From Mycoplasmatota bacterium (GTDB taxonomy: Bacteria; Bacillota_I; Bacilli_A; RF39; UBA660): DNA of 53,995 nt. The position numbers were made by a program, and so were the translations under genes. The stretch covers positions 1-53,995 of the forward strand of contig JAWXUI010000005.1 of NCBI GenBank assembly GCA_044432805.1, in the 5' to 3' direction. Within the stretch, counting starts at the first letter, position 1. Each line of letters begins with the position of its first letter. This document shows positions 39,121-48,845 of the stretch, one piece after another. The notes under the pieces were generated by a model. It did no database searches, had not been told where the DNA came from, and saw only the letters and a program-made list of their open reading frames with translations.

Positions 39121-39485
39121 TATTTTCTCCTTCTAGCACATTCTTTGCATATTCCACTTACCACGACTTCGATATTATTAACAATCAAATCTTCGTCAAA
39201 TAATTTTTCGTAATTAACTTCTTCTAAATCAACTAAACAATTACAACATTCGCAATAAAAATGACTATGATGATTTAATGTCTTATCAAATCTATCTCCA
39301 CTTTTAAGACTTATTTTGTTTATCTTGTTGTTCTTAACTAAATCAGCTAAATTACGATATACTGTTCCAAGACTTATGTTTGGTAATATTTCTTTTGCCT
39401 GTAAGTAAATTTGATTGGCATCTGGATGATCACATCTATTTGCAACAATTTCAAATATAACTTCTCTTTGTTTGGAATATCTCAT
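39120..39485 (-). CDS. perR: Fur-family regulator, probably PerR
   Basis: [27 protein letters not shown]; translationally coupled to rubrerythrin. Confidence 0.85.
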   Translation of the reverse strand: MRYSKQREVIFEIVANRCDHPDANQIYLQAKEILPNISLGTVYRNLADLVKNNKINKISLKSGDRFDKTLNHHSHFYCECCNCLVDLEEVNYEKLFDEDLIVNNIEVVVSGICKECARRRK

Positions 39486-39498
39486 ATATGCTCCCTAA

Positions 39499-39513
39499 TA
39501 GTAATCATTACTA
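39499..39513. promoter_or_regulatory. Per/Fur-type operator (7-1-7 inverted repeat)
   Basis: TAGTAAT-C-ATTACTA between the TTGACT-N18-TACAAT promoter and the RBS of perR. Confidence 0.75.
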
Positions 39514-39564
39514 ATTACACTATAATTGTACTACTTATATTTATATAAAGTCAATAAAAAAGAA

Positions 39565-40110
39565 CTATTTAGTTCCTTTATAAAATCTAGATATAACTTT
39601 AGCAAATTGATATAAAATATCATCGCTATTATTGATTGCAATAAATTTACCATATGCTTTACCACCAATTGTAAGTGACGCTATCAAAGCTGTTGTAATT
39701 AAAGTAATAATTAATACATTAAAATTTAATAATTCAGATATCTTAGATGCAATTATAACACCAGCAGTACCCGAAACTATTCCACATATATCTCCAATAA
39801 CATCGTTACAAAAAGATGAAACTTTATCAGCTTTTTTTATTAAATTAACTCCTGTTGAACCACCTTTTACTTTTTTAGAACTCATAGAGTTAAATGTATT
39901 TATATTAGCCGCTGTTACTGCAACTCCAATCATATCAAAAATAACACCAAATGTAATAAATAATATTACTAATATAATCCCAAGTAAAATATTAACATTA
40001 GGGATTATTAATTCTGATAAAAATGAAAATATTAATGATATAAAAAAAGCACATATTGATATAATAATAATCCATTTTATATTTTCTTTGTTTTTTTGTT
40101 TTTTCTTCAT
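39565..40110 (-). CDS. oapA: OLE-associated protein A (DUF21-like membrane protein)
   Basis: About 180 aa, 4 TM helices, FDMIGVAVTAA and KVSSFCNDVIGDICGIVSG motifs; directly downstream of OLE RNA; AGGAG RBS before the ATG at 40110. Confidence 0.9.
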   Translation of the reverse strand: MKKKQKNKENIKWIIIISICAFFISLIFSFLSELIIPNVNILLGIILVILFITFGVIFDMIGVAVTAANINTFNSMSSKKVKGGSTGVNLIKKADKVSSFCNDVIGDICGIVSGTAGVIIASKISELLNFNVLIITLITTALIASLTIGGKAYGKFIAINNSDDILYQFAKVISRFYKGTK

Positions 40111-40123
40111 ATTTCTCCTAAAT

Positions 40124-40146
40124 AAAAAAAGGTAAAAACCTTTTTT
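40124..40146 (-). terminator. Terminator-like hairpin between ole and oapA
   Basis: Minus strand AAAAAAGGT-TTTT-ACCTTTTTTT; short stem with only two GC pairs. Confidence 0.5.
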
Positions 40147-40148
40147 GT

Positions 40149-40700
40149 TTGGCATTTTAAAAAGTAAACTTTACGCCATAGGTCAAGTAGGATTTCCCTT
40201 ATTTCTACTCACCGTTACCAGTGTAGTGGTTCCCCTTTAAAGAAATAAATATATTGTTTCCAATTATATGACTTGATTACCACTTAGTGCGTACTGCAAT
40301 CCTTTTAAAAAATACATTCTAGGAGATTTCCTCCCCAACTTTCATTACTAATTCTTTTTTGCAGTAATAATTTCAAATTGCGATATTAAATTAATTCTAG
40401 CTATAAACTAATTTAATTGGATCAATTATCCCAAATTACCACTCAAGACAAGCTACACTACTCATAACTTTCGCCACCTAGTAGGTTTAATCCCAAGTCG
40501 TACATTATGCACAAGATTAGGTCTCCATAAATGCGGGGTCGTTTGCCGTATGCCATTACGATCGCCCTTCATTCTATCTTCCAGCATCCACCCCAAACTG
40601 GGCGTAAGAAGCAGACACCAGAAGCTTCACAGATATGCTCTTTAGTGGATTTTTAGCCCCACCTTCGTAATAAATTAAGTTGACTAGAATAATGCGCCAA
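40149..40700 (-). ncRNA. ole: OLE RNA (ornate, large, extremophilic), about 550 nt
   Basis: GC-richer ORF-free block. Minus strand carries OLE signature segments GGGGCUAAAAAUCCACUAAAG, AGUGUAGCUUGUCUUGAGUGGUA, GAGGAAAUCUCCUAGA, GGAUUGCAGU, UUAAAGGGAA and GACCUAUGGCGUAA. The 5' UUGGCGCAUU can pair with the 3' AAUGCCAA. oapA lies immediately downstream. Confidence 0.93.
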
Positions 40701-40717
40701 AATAAATTACAAGAAAA

Positions 40718-40746
40718 ATTATAACAAAAAATTATCATTTTGTCAA
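40718..40746 (-). promoter_or_regulatory. Sigma-A promoter of ole
   Basis: Perfect TTGACA-N17-TATAAT with extended -10 (TGTTATAAT), 18 bp above the first helix. Confidence 0.85.
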
Positions 40747-40791
40747 ATTACATTACATTATATTCAAAAACTATATTTTTATTTAATTTAT

Positions 40792-41433
40792 TTATATCTC
40801 TTCAAAATAAGTTTTTTCTTTTATTAAAACAATACTTTTACCAGAACTAATTTCATTTACTAATTTAATAAATTCATCTGTTTTTTTAAATGGAATAATT
40901 ATATTTGAAATAATTTTTTCGTCATATGAAATATTTTCTTTTATATACTTATTTTTATTTATTTCATAAAGAATAGGATTAATAAAATTATAGTCAGTAA
41001 TAATTTCTAATCTGTCACCTAAAACCATAGTTGATATTTCAACTTTCTTTAAAACTTCTTTCACTGCATCTTTATATGCATGACATAATCCACCAGTTCC
41101 AAGTAAAATACCGCCAAAGTATCTTGTAACAACACAAGCAACATTTACTAACCCACTAGAGGTTAAAATTTCTAGCATTGGTAATCCTGCAGTTCCACTT
41201 GGCTCTCTATCATCACTACATCTAAGTATTTCTTTTTTACTTCCAATTATAAATGCACTACAATTATGTTTCGCATCATAATGTTTTTTCTTTATTTTAT
41301 TCACAAAATCAATTGCTTCTTCTTCTGTAGACACTTTTTTTAAATGCGCTATAAAACGAGATTTTTTAATAACAATTTCGTTATATATTATTGTTTCATT
41401 ACTACATTTTATTGTTTTATATTCATCAGTCAT
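40792..41433 (-). CDS. yigZ: YigZ/IMPACT family protein
   Basis: IKKSRFI, AKHNCSAF, SDDREPSGTAG, VTRYFGGILLGTGGL. Confidence 0.95.
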   Translation of the reverse strand: MTDEYKTIKCSNETIIYNEIVIKKSRFIAHLKKVSTEEEAIDFVNKIKKKHYDAKHNCSAFIIGSKKEILRCSDDREPSGTAGLPMLEILTSSGLVNVACVVTRYFGGILLGTGGLCHAYKDAVKEVLKKVEISTMVLGDRLEIITDYNFINPILYEINKNKYIKENISYDEKIISNIIIPFKKTDEFIKLVNEISSGKSIVLIKEKTYFEEI

Positions 41434-41550
41434 AAGCACCTCTGTTTTTTTATTATAACAAAATATTTTTTTTTATACAATTAACAATTTTAATATAATT
41501 TATCTAGACTTTTTTTAAAATTATGCTATAATCTTTTAAAGGAGAAAGTT

Positions 41551-42207
41551 ATGAGTATATTAAAAACAAATAAAGACGGTACATTAATAGTTTTGTCTGG
41601 TCCATCAGGAGTAGGAAAAGGAACAATTGTAAAAGAAATTTTAAAAACAAACAAAGATATTTGGGTATCTATATCTGCAACAACTAGAAAACCTCGTGGT
41701 AAAGAACAAAATGGTGTAGAATATTTTTTCCTTAGTAAAGAAGAATTTGAAAGTGGAATAAAAGACAATAAATTTTTAGAATACGCGATTGTTCATAATA
41801 ATGATTATTATGGAACACCAAAAGAAAAAATTGATGAAAAGTTAAGCCAAGGTATTGATGTAATATTAGAAATTGATATCCAAGGAGCTTTAAAAATTAA
41901 TGATTTAGTTAAAGATGCATTATTTATTTTTATTATGCCACCTACTATGGACATTTTAATAAATAGATTAATTGAAAGAAATACTGAAAATAAAGAAAAA
42001 ATAATTAAACGATTTAAAGCAGCATATAAAGAAATAAATGAAGTTAAAAAATATAATTATGTTGTTATAAATGATGAATTATATTTAGCAGTTAAAAAAG
42101 TTGAATCAATTCTTTTATCAGAAAAATGTCGTGTTGATAGAATTGAAGAAGTTACATTAGATAATACTGAAGAATTTATTCATGAAAAATTAGTTGATAT
42201 GCAATAA
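41551..42207 (+). CDS. gmk: Guanylate kinase
   Basis: SGPSGVGKGT, SATTRKPR, YYGTP, LEIDIQGA. Confidence 0.98.
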   Translation: MSILKTNKDGTLIVLSGPSGVGKGTIVKEILKTNKDIWVSISATTRKPRGKEQNGVEYFFLSKEEFESGIKDNKFLEYAIVHNNDYYGTPKEKIDEKLSQGIDVILEIDIQGALKINDLVKDALFIFIMPPTMDILINRLIERNTENKEKIIKRFKAAYKEINEVKKYNYVVINDELYLAVKKVESILLSEKCRVDRIEEVTLDNTEEFIHEKLVDMQ

Positions 42208-42228
42208 AAAAAACCTTATGGTTTTTTT
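42207..42228. terminator. Bidirectional terminator
   Basis: AAAAAAACC-TTAT-GGTTTTTTT between convergent genes. Confidence 0.6.
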
Positions 42229-43291
42229 ATTTTAATATTTTTTTCCATTTGCTTAAAAATAAATCGATATTATATTTTTCTGCTTTTTTTCTGGCTTGTG
42301 AAGACATTATGCTTCTTCTACTTTCATTATCAATTAAATCAAGTATTCTGCTAGTCATTTTATCATAATTTCTATCAGGTATTAAATAACCATCCCAATT
42401 ATTAGAAATAATTTCTCTAGCTCCTTGGGCACTATCAAATGCAACACAAGGTAACCCGTGAGAAAATGCCTCTAAAATAGATATACCAAATGATTCTTCT
42501 AAAGATGTCATTACAAAGATAGATGAATTATCTAATATTTTAGAAACAGAATATGGTGTTTTATAACCATGTAAAGTAACATTCTTTGCTAAATTAAAAG
42601 CTTCTATTCTATTTTGAATATTTTCTTTTTCTGGTCCATCGCCGATTATATCTAATTTTACTTCTGGTATTTTTAAACTTACTAATTTAAATACTTCTAT
42701 CAATTCATCAAAACCTTTAATCTTTGTTAATTTCCCTACCGATACTATTCTTAAATTATTTTTCTTTTCACTTATTTCTGGAAATTCATCTAAGACATTA
42801 GGTATATGAATACATTTAACATTTAATAAATCTTTATATAGACTTAAATATTCATTATTTACTACAACGAAGTAATCAAAAAATTTAACTTTTCGTTCTA
42901 GTTGACTTATAAATTTTTTAGTATTTTGATGGTATTCATGATCCCAAGCAATTTTTTTTGCTTTTGTTTTTTTAAAAATAGAACCATACTTAGAATTAAT
43001 AGATATAATAAAATCAAAATTATCATTTAAAACAATTTTTTTTAATTTATTTTTTGCTAATATCTTGTCTTTTGTTATTTTTTGTATATAGTTACTATTA
43101 ATTTCAAGATTATTAATCAAATATTGTACATCCACATTTTTAGGTATTTTATAAGCTGGTCTTTTTGTTGTTTTATTTTCAACAATTAAAGTGATTTTAT
43201 ACGAGTCACTAAAAGTTTTTAAAAAAGTCATTATAGACTTTTGTATTCCGCCATATCCTAAATGTGGTGCTAAAATCATAATTTCTTTCAT
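42227..43291 (-). CDS. Glycosyltransferase family 4 (GT-B)
   Basis: GYGG, VGKLTKIKG, ESFGISILEA (E-x7-E). Confidence 0.93.
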   Translation of the reverse strand: MKEIMILAPHLGYGGIQKSIMTFLKTFSDSYKITLIVENKTTKRPAYKIPKNVDVQYLINNLEINSNYIQKITKDKILAKNKLKKIVLNDNFDFIISINSKYGSIFKKTKAKKIAWDHEYHQNTKKFISQLERKVKFFDYFVVVNNEYLSLYKDLLNVKCIHIPNVLDEFPEISEKKNNLRIVSVGKLTKIKGFDELIEVFKLVSLKIPEVKLDIIGDGPEKENIQNRIEAFNLAKNVTLHGYKTPYSVSKILDNSSIFVMTSLEESFGISILEAFSHGLPCVAFDSAQGAREIISNNWDGYLIPDRNYDKMTSRILDLIDNESRRSIMSSQARKKAEKYNIDLFLSKWKKILK

Positions 43292-43549
43292 TTAATCACC
43301 TGCAAGCATAATAACATATTTCTTTTTTTTTGTCAAAATTTGCAATTGTAATTCATTACTTAAAAAGTTAATTGCACTTTTTATAGTCTAATTTTAAAGA
43401 GTATATTTAGTTTTTGAATAGAAGAAGCAATTTTTTATTAGCAAATTCACTTTCCATTTCACTATTATAATAATAATTAAAAAAAAGCAAGTACAAAATT
43501 GCCTTTACCCTTTTAAATAACCATATTTATATTTTTTTATTTATAAATT

Positions 43550-45619
43550 TTAATTATATGTTTTTTCTATTTGTTTTGATAAAACTTCTAAAAGCATAGA
43601 TTTATTAACTAAATTAAAGTCAACAACAGTCTCATTTCCAGTTAAATCATGGTCTAATACTATTTGTTCCATAAAAATTAAATTACTATAGGCATCAACC
43701 AACGATTGATGCCAATCTATATTAGTTTGTTTTTCCAATTCCATATTATTTACAGCCCAAACTAAATCACCGGTCTCTTGACAATATTTTTCTAAATCAA
43801 ATACTCTCTCTGAATTAACGTATCCACCTGCGTTTAAATAACTTGCTGCTTTTGCATCAGTATATATGAATGTTTCTTCAATTCCTTGTTCTTTTAAGAG
43901 CTCAGATAATTTTATTTTAGCATTTGTTACTTCTTCCATACTATAACCTAACTGTCTATCTGTTGAATTAGCAACTTCAACATCAATTGTAAATGGCAAA
44001 ACATTTCCAGTTAATTCTTTTCCACCGTTTTTATATACTAATTCTTGTAGTCTACCATTTATCCATTCTAATTCTAGTTTTGCTTCTTCTTCTGTTGCAC
44101 AAGTAGAATAATAATAAAAACCATAAGGTATTCCATATTCTTCTAGTTTTGTTATTTGATTATATGCATTATCAATTGAAAAATCATCTGATAAAGCGAA
44201 AGTACCATAACCACTTGCTCCAATTTTAATCATAGCTCCCGAAATTTGTTCATTAGGAACATATGAAAAATTATCAATACTATTAGAATTTCCAGAGATA
44301 ATTAATTTTTCTAAATTATCTGGAGTTAATTCCCATATATCAATCAATAATATTTTTCCTTCATCTGTTGTGTCAATTGTTTTTATATTCTCAATTGCAG
44401 CAGAAATATATTCAGATTTACTTTCAGTAGTTTGAATAGTTGTTCCGTTAGATAAATTATCTGATTTCATAATATATTGAATATCGATATATCCACATTT
44501 TACTTCTCCGTCTTCCATATATCTTATTTCTGTAAATTTTTCATTTATTGTATTTGTACCATATACAACAAAAATTTCAGTTTCCTTAGGAAGAATTGAG
44601 ATAGTTTGTGAATCATCCATCGCTCTTAATTTTACCTCTGTATTTTCATCGGTTGTAAAATAATTATAATTAAGGTTATTATCGTACTGATAATTTAATT
44701 CTGGATTTGGAGTTACATATCTTTCAGATATATATCCATTAATTTCTTTTCCGTCAGAACTTATTATACTGGCTAAAAGCCAACCATTATTAACATCGTT
44801 TTCAGCATTTATTATAGTTAATTCTTGACCGCTTTCTAATTTTGCAATTATATTATCAGCCATTTCTGCCGAACTTCTAAAATTAATCGTTTCTCCATTT
44901 GCTTCAGCAATATAATTATTTAAAAAATTTATTGTCAAACAACCATCAAAGTTTGCAATTAAATCTTTGTTATTTCCATCTTTATCAAGGTCACTTGATA
45001 AAAACGGAATATTACAATATCCTTCTTGAAGATTTCCATTTGAATCGAAGTAATTTATATAACCATAGTTAAATTTATATGCTTCTTTGTTTTGGTCGTT
45101 TGTGTCAATGTAAAAAGAATCTTCATTTAACAGCACAATACTTCCTGTTGGAATAGTGTCAATTAACTCACTATTAGAAGACCCCTCAGCTCTAATGTTT
45201 ATGTAATTATTATATCCATCACCAACTACATAGCAAACTCTTTGTTGAGATTTATTAAAAAGTACTTGATTGTCAAAGTTAAAAGATGAAGAAACAAATC
45301 CATTAATTAATTTATTGCTTTCTCCTGAATCTCTTACAATACAGATTTCTTCTACTCCATATTTTTTACTGTAATCACTATCGTTTACTTGTAAAACAAC
45401 ATCACCTTCAAGCATCTCTAAAATCTCTCCATTTTTAGAAACATAACTAGTTGTATCATTGATTTGCTCTGCTTTAGTACTTATAGTTTCAATATCTATT
45501 GATTCAGTTGAATGTTTAAAACAACCAGTTAAAGTAGATGAGCTTAGTGCTATTGTACCGGAAAGCAATACCGGTAGTATATTTTTTGTAATATAAAGTT
45601 TAATATTTTTAATATCCAT
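43550..45619 (-). CDS. Lipoprotein with SH3b repeats and a C-terminal GH25-like muramidase domain
   Basis: Lipobox LTGC; INIR/INFR/VKLR...GY SH3b units; GAMIKIGASGYG, GIPYGFYYYS and LPFTIDVE (DxE) motifs. Confidence 0.75.
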   Translation of the reverse strand: MDIKNIKLYITKNILPVLLSGTIALSSSTLTGCFKHSTESIDIETISTKAEQINDTTSYVSKNGEILEMLEGDVVLQVNDSDYSKKYGVEEICIVRDSGESNKLINGFVSSSFNFDNQVLFNKSQQRVCYVVGDGYNNYINIRAEGSSNSELIDTIPTGSIVLLNEDSFYIDTNDQNKEAYKFNYGYINYFDSNGNLQEGYCNIPFLSSDLDKDGNNKDLIANFDGCLTINFLNNYIAEANGETINFRSSAEMADNIIAKLESGQELTIINAENDVNNGWLLASIISSDGKEINGYISERYVTPNPELNYQYDNNLNYNYFTTDENTEVKLRAMDDSQTISILPKETEIFVVYGTNTINEKFTEIRYMEDGEVKCGYIDIQYIMKSDNLSNGTTIQTTESKSEYISAAIENIKTIDTTDEGKILLIDIWELTPDNLEKLIISGNSNSIDNFSYVPNEQISGAMIKIGASGYGTFALSDDFSIDNAYNQITKLEEYGIPYGFYYYSTCATEEEAKLELEWINGRLQELVYKNGGKELTGNVLPFTIDVEVANSTDRQLGYSMEEVTNAKIKLSELLKEQGIEETFIYTDAKAASYLNAGGYVNSERVFDLEKYCQETGDLVWAVNNMELEKQTNIDWHQSLVDAYSNLIFMEQIVLDHDLTGNETVVDFNLVNKSMLLEVLSKQIEKTYN

Positions 45620-45816
45620 TAAAAACCCCTCTTTTCTTAATATCGGTTACATTAACATAATTTTTTAAATATGTCAATTATTTATTAATTTATAACTATT
45701 ATCACCAAAAATATTAAAAAAAGCTTAGTCAATAACCAAGCTAATAGAAAAATAAACATTTTATTTATTATTGATATAAGTCAAATAAATTAGCATGATT
45801 AATATATTAATTTATT

Positions 45817-47610
45817 TTAAAAATTATTTATGCTAAAGTATTTATCTTCTTTTAATTGATTTTTCCATTTTTTTTCTAAGTAAAGTTGTTCTTTATTATA
45901 TCTAATTTGTTTTTCTTTAGTTACTTCATAACCTCTAGATTTAGATTCATAGTGATACATTGTTACATAACTAAGATTAACATTATAATAACCTTTATCT
46001 AATAATTTTAAATTAAAATCAACATCATTAAGCGCAACTTTTAATGATTCATCAAATCCTTTTACTTCTTCATATTTACTTTTTTTAACCATTAAACAAG
46101 CGGCTGTCACAGCAGAATAGTTAAAAGGCATTACAAGTCTTCCCATTAGTCCTGTATCATCTTTTTTTCTAGTTACATAAATATGTCCGGCTAGACCAGC
46201 ATATCCTAACACTACTCCTGCATGTTGTACTAAATTATCTTTATATAATAATTTTATTCCAACGGCACCTACATGTTCTAATGAAGCATGTCCAACCATT
46301 TTAAATAAAAAATCTTCATCTATTACTTCAGTATCGTTATTTAACAAAAGTAAATATTCACCTTTTGCTTTTTTAACACCTTCATTGTTTAATTTAGAAT
46401 AATTAAATTCTTCATCAACTCTAACAACTTTAAAATTTTTATTTTTCTTGTATTCTTCAAATAAATTAAGTGTATATTCTTCATCACTTCCATTATCAAC
46501 TACAATAATTTCAAAATTTTTATATGTGTTTTTATTATATAAAGAATCAATACAAACTTTTAATAATTTTCCATAATTTCTTGTAGGAATAATAATTGAA
46601 ATTAAAGGATTATTTGTTTTATAATCAATTAAATAAGTCGATACAAAAGGATTGTGATAAACTCTTCCTTTTAATTTTCTTCTTTTTAAAGCATCTTCTA
46701 ACAATTTAATAGAAGCATCTTTTGTATATTCTTTGTTTCCTAAAAAACCAGCTGTTGAAGTTGCACTCATTCTCCAATGATATAATATTTTATTAACGTG
46801 ATATATATTATTTGTTTTTTCCAAGACCCTTAAAAACAAATCCCAATCTTGTGAACCATCATATTTAGATCTAAATCCACCAACTTCTTCTACTAAAGAT
46901 TTCCTAATCATTGTAAGATGACAAATATAATTTACAGCCATTATAGTATCAGGTGAATAATCCGGCTTAAAATGTGGTTCGCATCTTCTTCCATTAAAAT
47001 CTAGTTTATCTTCATCAGAATAAATAAAATCTAATTTTTTATTAATATTCAATTGTTCTACAAAATAATAAAGTGCATCTTTTGCTATTAAATCATCATT
47101 ATCGACCAAAACAATAAATTCACCTTTAGCGCTTTTAATAGCTGTATTAGAAGCTTGTGAAATCATACCGTTTTTTTCTCTGAAAGTAACTTTTATTTTT
47201 TTGTTTTTACTATATTTTTTTAAACACTCGATAGTTTCTTTATTTGTCGAACAATCATCAGCTATACAAATTTCAAAATTATCATATGATTGATTTAATA
47301 TTGAATCAATACATTCTGTCAATAATTTTTCACTAACGTTATAAGTTGGAATTATAAATGAAATTAAAGGATTATATTTAAATTTTTTTACCTTTACATC
47401 AATTTCATTTTCTAAAATCCATTTATGATATGCTTTTTGGTTTATTACTAAAGAAGATGTTGTTCCACTTCTTTTAAGTACTCTAAAAAAGGACTTAATA
47501 TAGTTTTTTAAAGCTGATGGTGGAATTAAAAATTTATGCCTGTGCCATGCAAAATAAACAGATTTTTTTATTAAATAAATTACTTTTTCAAATTTTTCAA
47601 TTATTTTCAT
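45817..47610 (-). CDS. Double-domain glycosyltransferase family 2
   Basis: Two GT-A domains: ISFIIPTYN...DNDD...YSDEDK and ISIIIPTRN...LLNNDTEV...AVTAACL. Confidence 0.95.
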   Translation of the reverse strand: MKIIEKFEKVIYLIKKSVYFAWHRHKFLIPPSALKNYIKSFFRVLKRSGTTSSLVINQKAYHKWILENEIDVKVKKFKYNPLISFIIPTYNVSEKLLTECIDSILNQSYDNFEICIADDCSTNKETIECLKKYSKNKKIKVTFREKNGMISQASNTAIKSAKGEFIVLVDNDDLIAKDALYYFVEQLNINKKLDFIYSDEDKLDFNGRRCEPHFKPDYSPDTIMAVNYICHLTMIRKSLVEEVGGFRSKYDGSQDWDLFLRVLEKTNNIYHVNKILYHWRMSATSTAGFLGNKEYTKDASIKLLEDALKRRKLKGRVYHNPFVSTYLIDYKTNNPLISIIIPTRNYGKLLKVCIDSLYNKNTYKNFEIIVVDNGSDEEYTLNLFEEYKKNKNFKVVRVDEEFNYSKLNNEGVKKAKGEYLLLLNNDTEVIDEDFLFKMVGHASLEHVGAVGIKLLYKDNLVQHAGVVLGYAGLAGHIYVTRKKDDTGLMGRLVMPFNYSAVTAACLMVKKSKYEEVKGFDESLKVALNDVDFNLKLLDKGYYNVNLSYVTMYHYESKSRGYEVTKEKQIRYNKEQLYLEKKWKNQLKEDKYFSINNF

Positions 47611-47624
47611 TTTGTGCCTCCAAT

Positions 47625-48761
47625 TTATTTAAATACTTTTTCATATTTGTTTACGATATATTCCCAAGTATATTCATCACTTATTCTTTGTTTTGCTAAT
47701 TTTCCCAATTTATTTTTATAGCTTTTTAATTTTTTATCATTTAATACTTTTCTTAAATCATTGTTTTTATCACTAAAATAAAGACAACTATTTAAACCAA
47801 CTTGTTTATTAAAATTAACATTATATAATATATTTAAATCGGTTAAAGATAATGCTTCAAGTAATGATGGATTAGTCCCGCCAACACTATGACCATGAAT
47901 ATATAAAAAAGCGTTTTTTCTAATTGTACTTAAATACTCTTCGTTATAAATACCTGGTAATATTCTAATTCTTTTATCGATTTGACAATTAGTTATTTGT
48001 TTTAATTGTTCATAGTAAGGAGAACCAGTTATATTAGAAATTATAACTAATTCTTTTTTAATATTTGATTTCATAAATTCTTTTATAATTAATTCAAAAT
48101 TGTTTTCAGGAACACATCTACCTACTACTAAACAATAATTATCTTTAACTAAATTATATTTTTCCAAGATTAAATCTTGATTTATATTATTAAAATCAAA
48201 TGTTTTAGTACCATATGCAATAAAGTGTTTTTTCACTTTGTTTTTTGGATAAGCTTTTTCAAAATAAGTTTTAATTCCATTTGAGTCACATATTATTCCA
48301 TCACAATTTAAAGCCATTACCTTCTCACAATATAAAAAGTATTTTTTTATATATTTATTCCATTTAGATCTTTTCCATTCTAAACCATCTGGATTTAAAT
48401 AAACTTTTATATTATTCTTTTTAAAATATGGATAAAGAAGTTGTAAGAATATACCTTGTCTTAATCCTAAAATATAAATAATACAATTATCCATTTTATT
48501 TGTTTTTATATATTTTTTTATATCAAATAACGCTTTAATTGAATAAATCATCATTGTTGCACTTCCACATTTTTTTGTTTTTATTGGAAGACAATTTATT
48601 TTGTTTTTTTTGTAATTTTTTTTCTTTTCATAACTAACTTCAGTAACAAAAATATTAGCTTTAGTTTTGTCATAATAGTCACAGAAATTTTTTACGAATG
48701 TTTCCCATCCACCATAATTTTTTTGGTATCCATGACTTCCTATTATAAATATATTTTTCAT
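47625..48761 (-). CDS. Rhamnosyltransferase-like GT4 (DUF1972, RgpA/WchF-like)
   Basis: IIGSHG...YGGWETF, NPDGLEWKRSKW, HGHSVGGTNPSLLEAL. Confidence 0.9.
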   Translation of the reverse strand: MKNIFIIGSHGYQKNYGGWETFVKNFCDYYDKTKANIFVTEVSYEKKKNYKKNKINCLPIKTKKCGSATMMIYSIKALFDIKKYIKTNKMDNCIIYILGLRQGIFLQLLYPYFKKNNIKVYLNPDGLEWKRSKWNKYIKKYFLYCEKVMALNCDGIICDSNGIKTYFEKAYPKNKVKKHFIAYGTKTFDFNNINQDLILEKYNLVKDNYCLVVGRCVPENNFELIIKEFMKSNIKKELVIISNITGSPYYEQLKQITNCQIDKRIRILPGIYNEEYLSTIRKNAFLYIHGHSVGGTNPSLLEALSLTDLNILYNVNFNKQVGLNSCLYFSDKNNDLRKVLNDKKLKSYKNKLGKLAKQRISDEYTWEYIVNKYEKVFK

Positions 48762-48845
48762 ATTATCACCTAATTAAGTATAACAAAAAAAACAATTTGT
48801 TACAATTGTTTAAAAGTATATAGTACTAAATATATAAAGTTAAAA

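Noticed and set aside
39632-40135. 167-aa plus-strand ORF and other short antisense ORFs in the track (e.g. 2707, 4440, 9748, 16606, 28193, 33567, 41526, 52772)
   Set aside because: Shadow frames overlapping well-supported genes on the opposite strand, without recognisable motifs.
40111-40155. ORF-track start for oapA at 40155
   Set aside because: It falls in the OLE 3' helix and hairpin; the AGGAG RBS supports 40110.
40149-40700. tmRNA, RNase P RNA or group I/II intron as identity of the long noncoding block
   Set aside because: No tmRNA tRNA-like ends or tag frame, no RNase P GAGGAAAGUCC core, no interrupted host gene. OLE motifs plus oapA explain it.
43407-43457. Tiny minus-strand ORF MESEFANKKLLLLFKN, possible gene remnant
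   Set aside because: 16 aa, no RBS, no recognisable homology.
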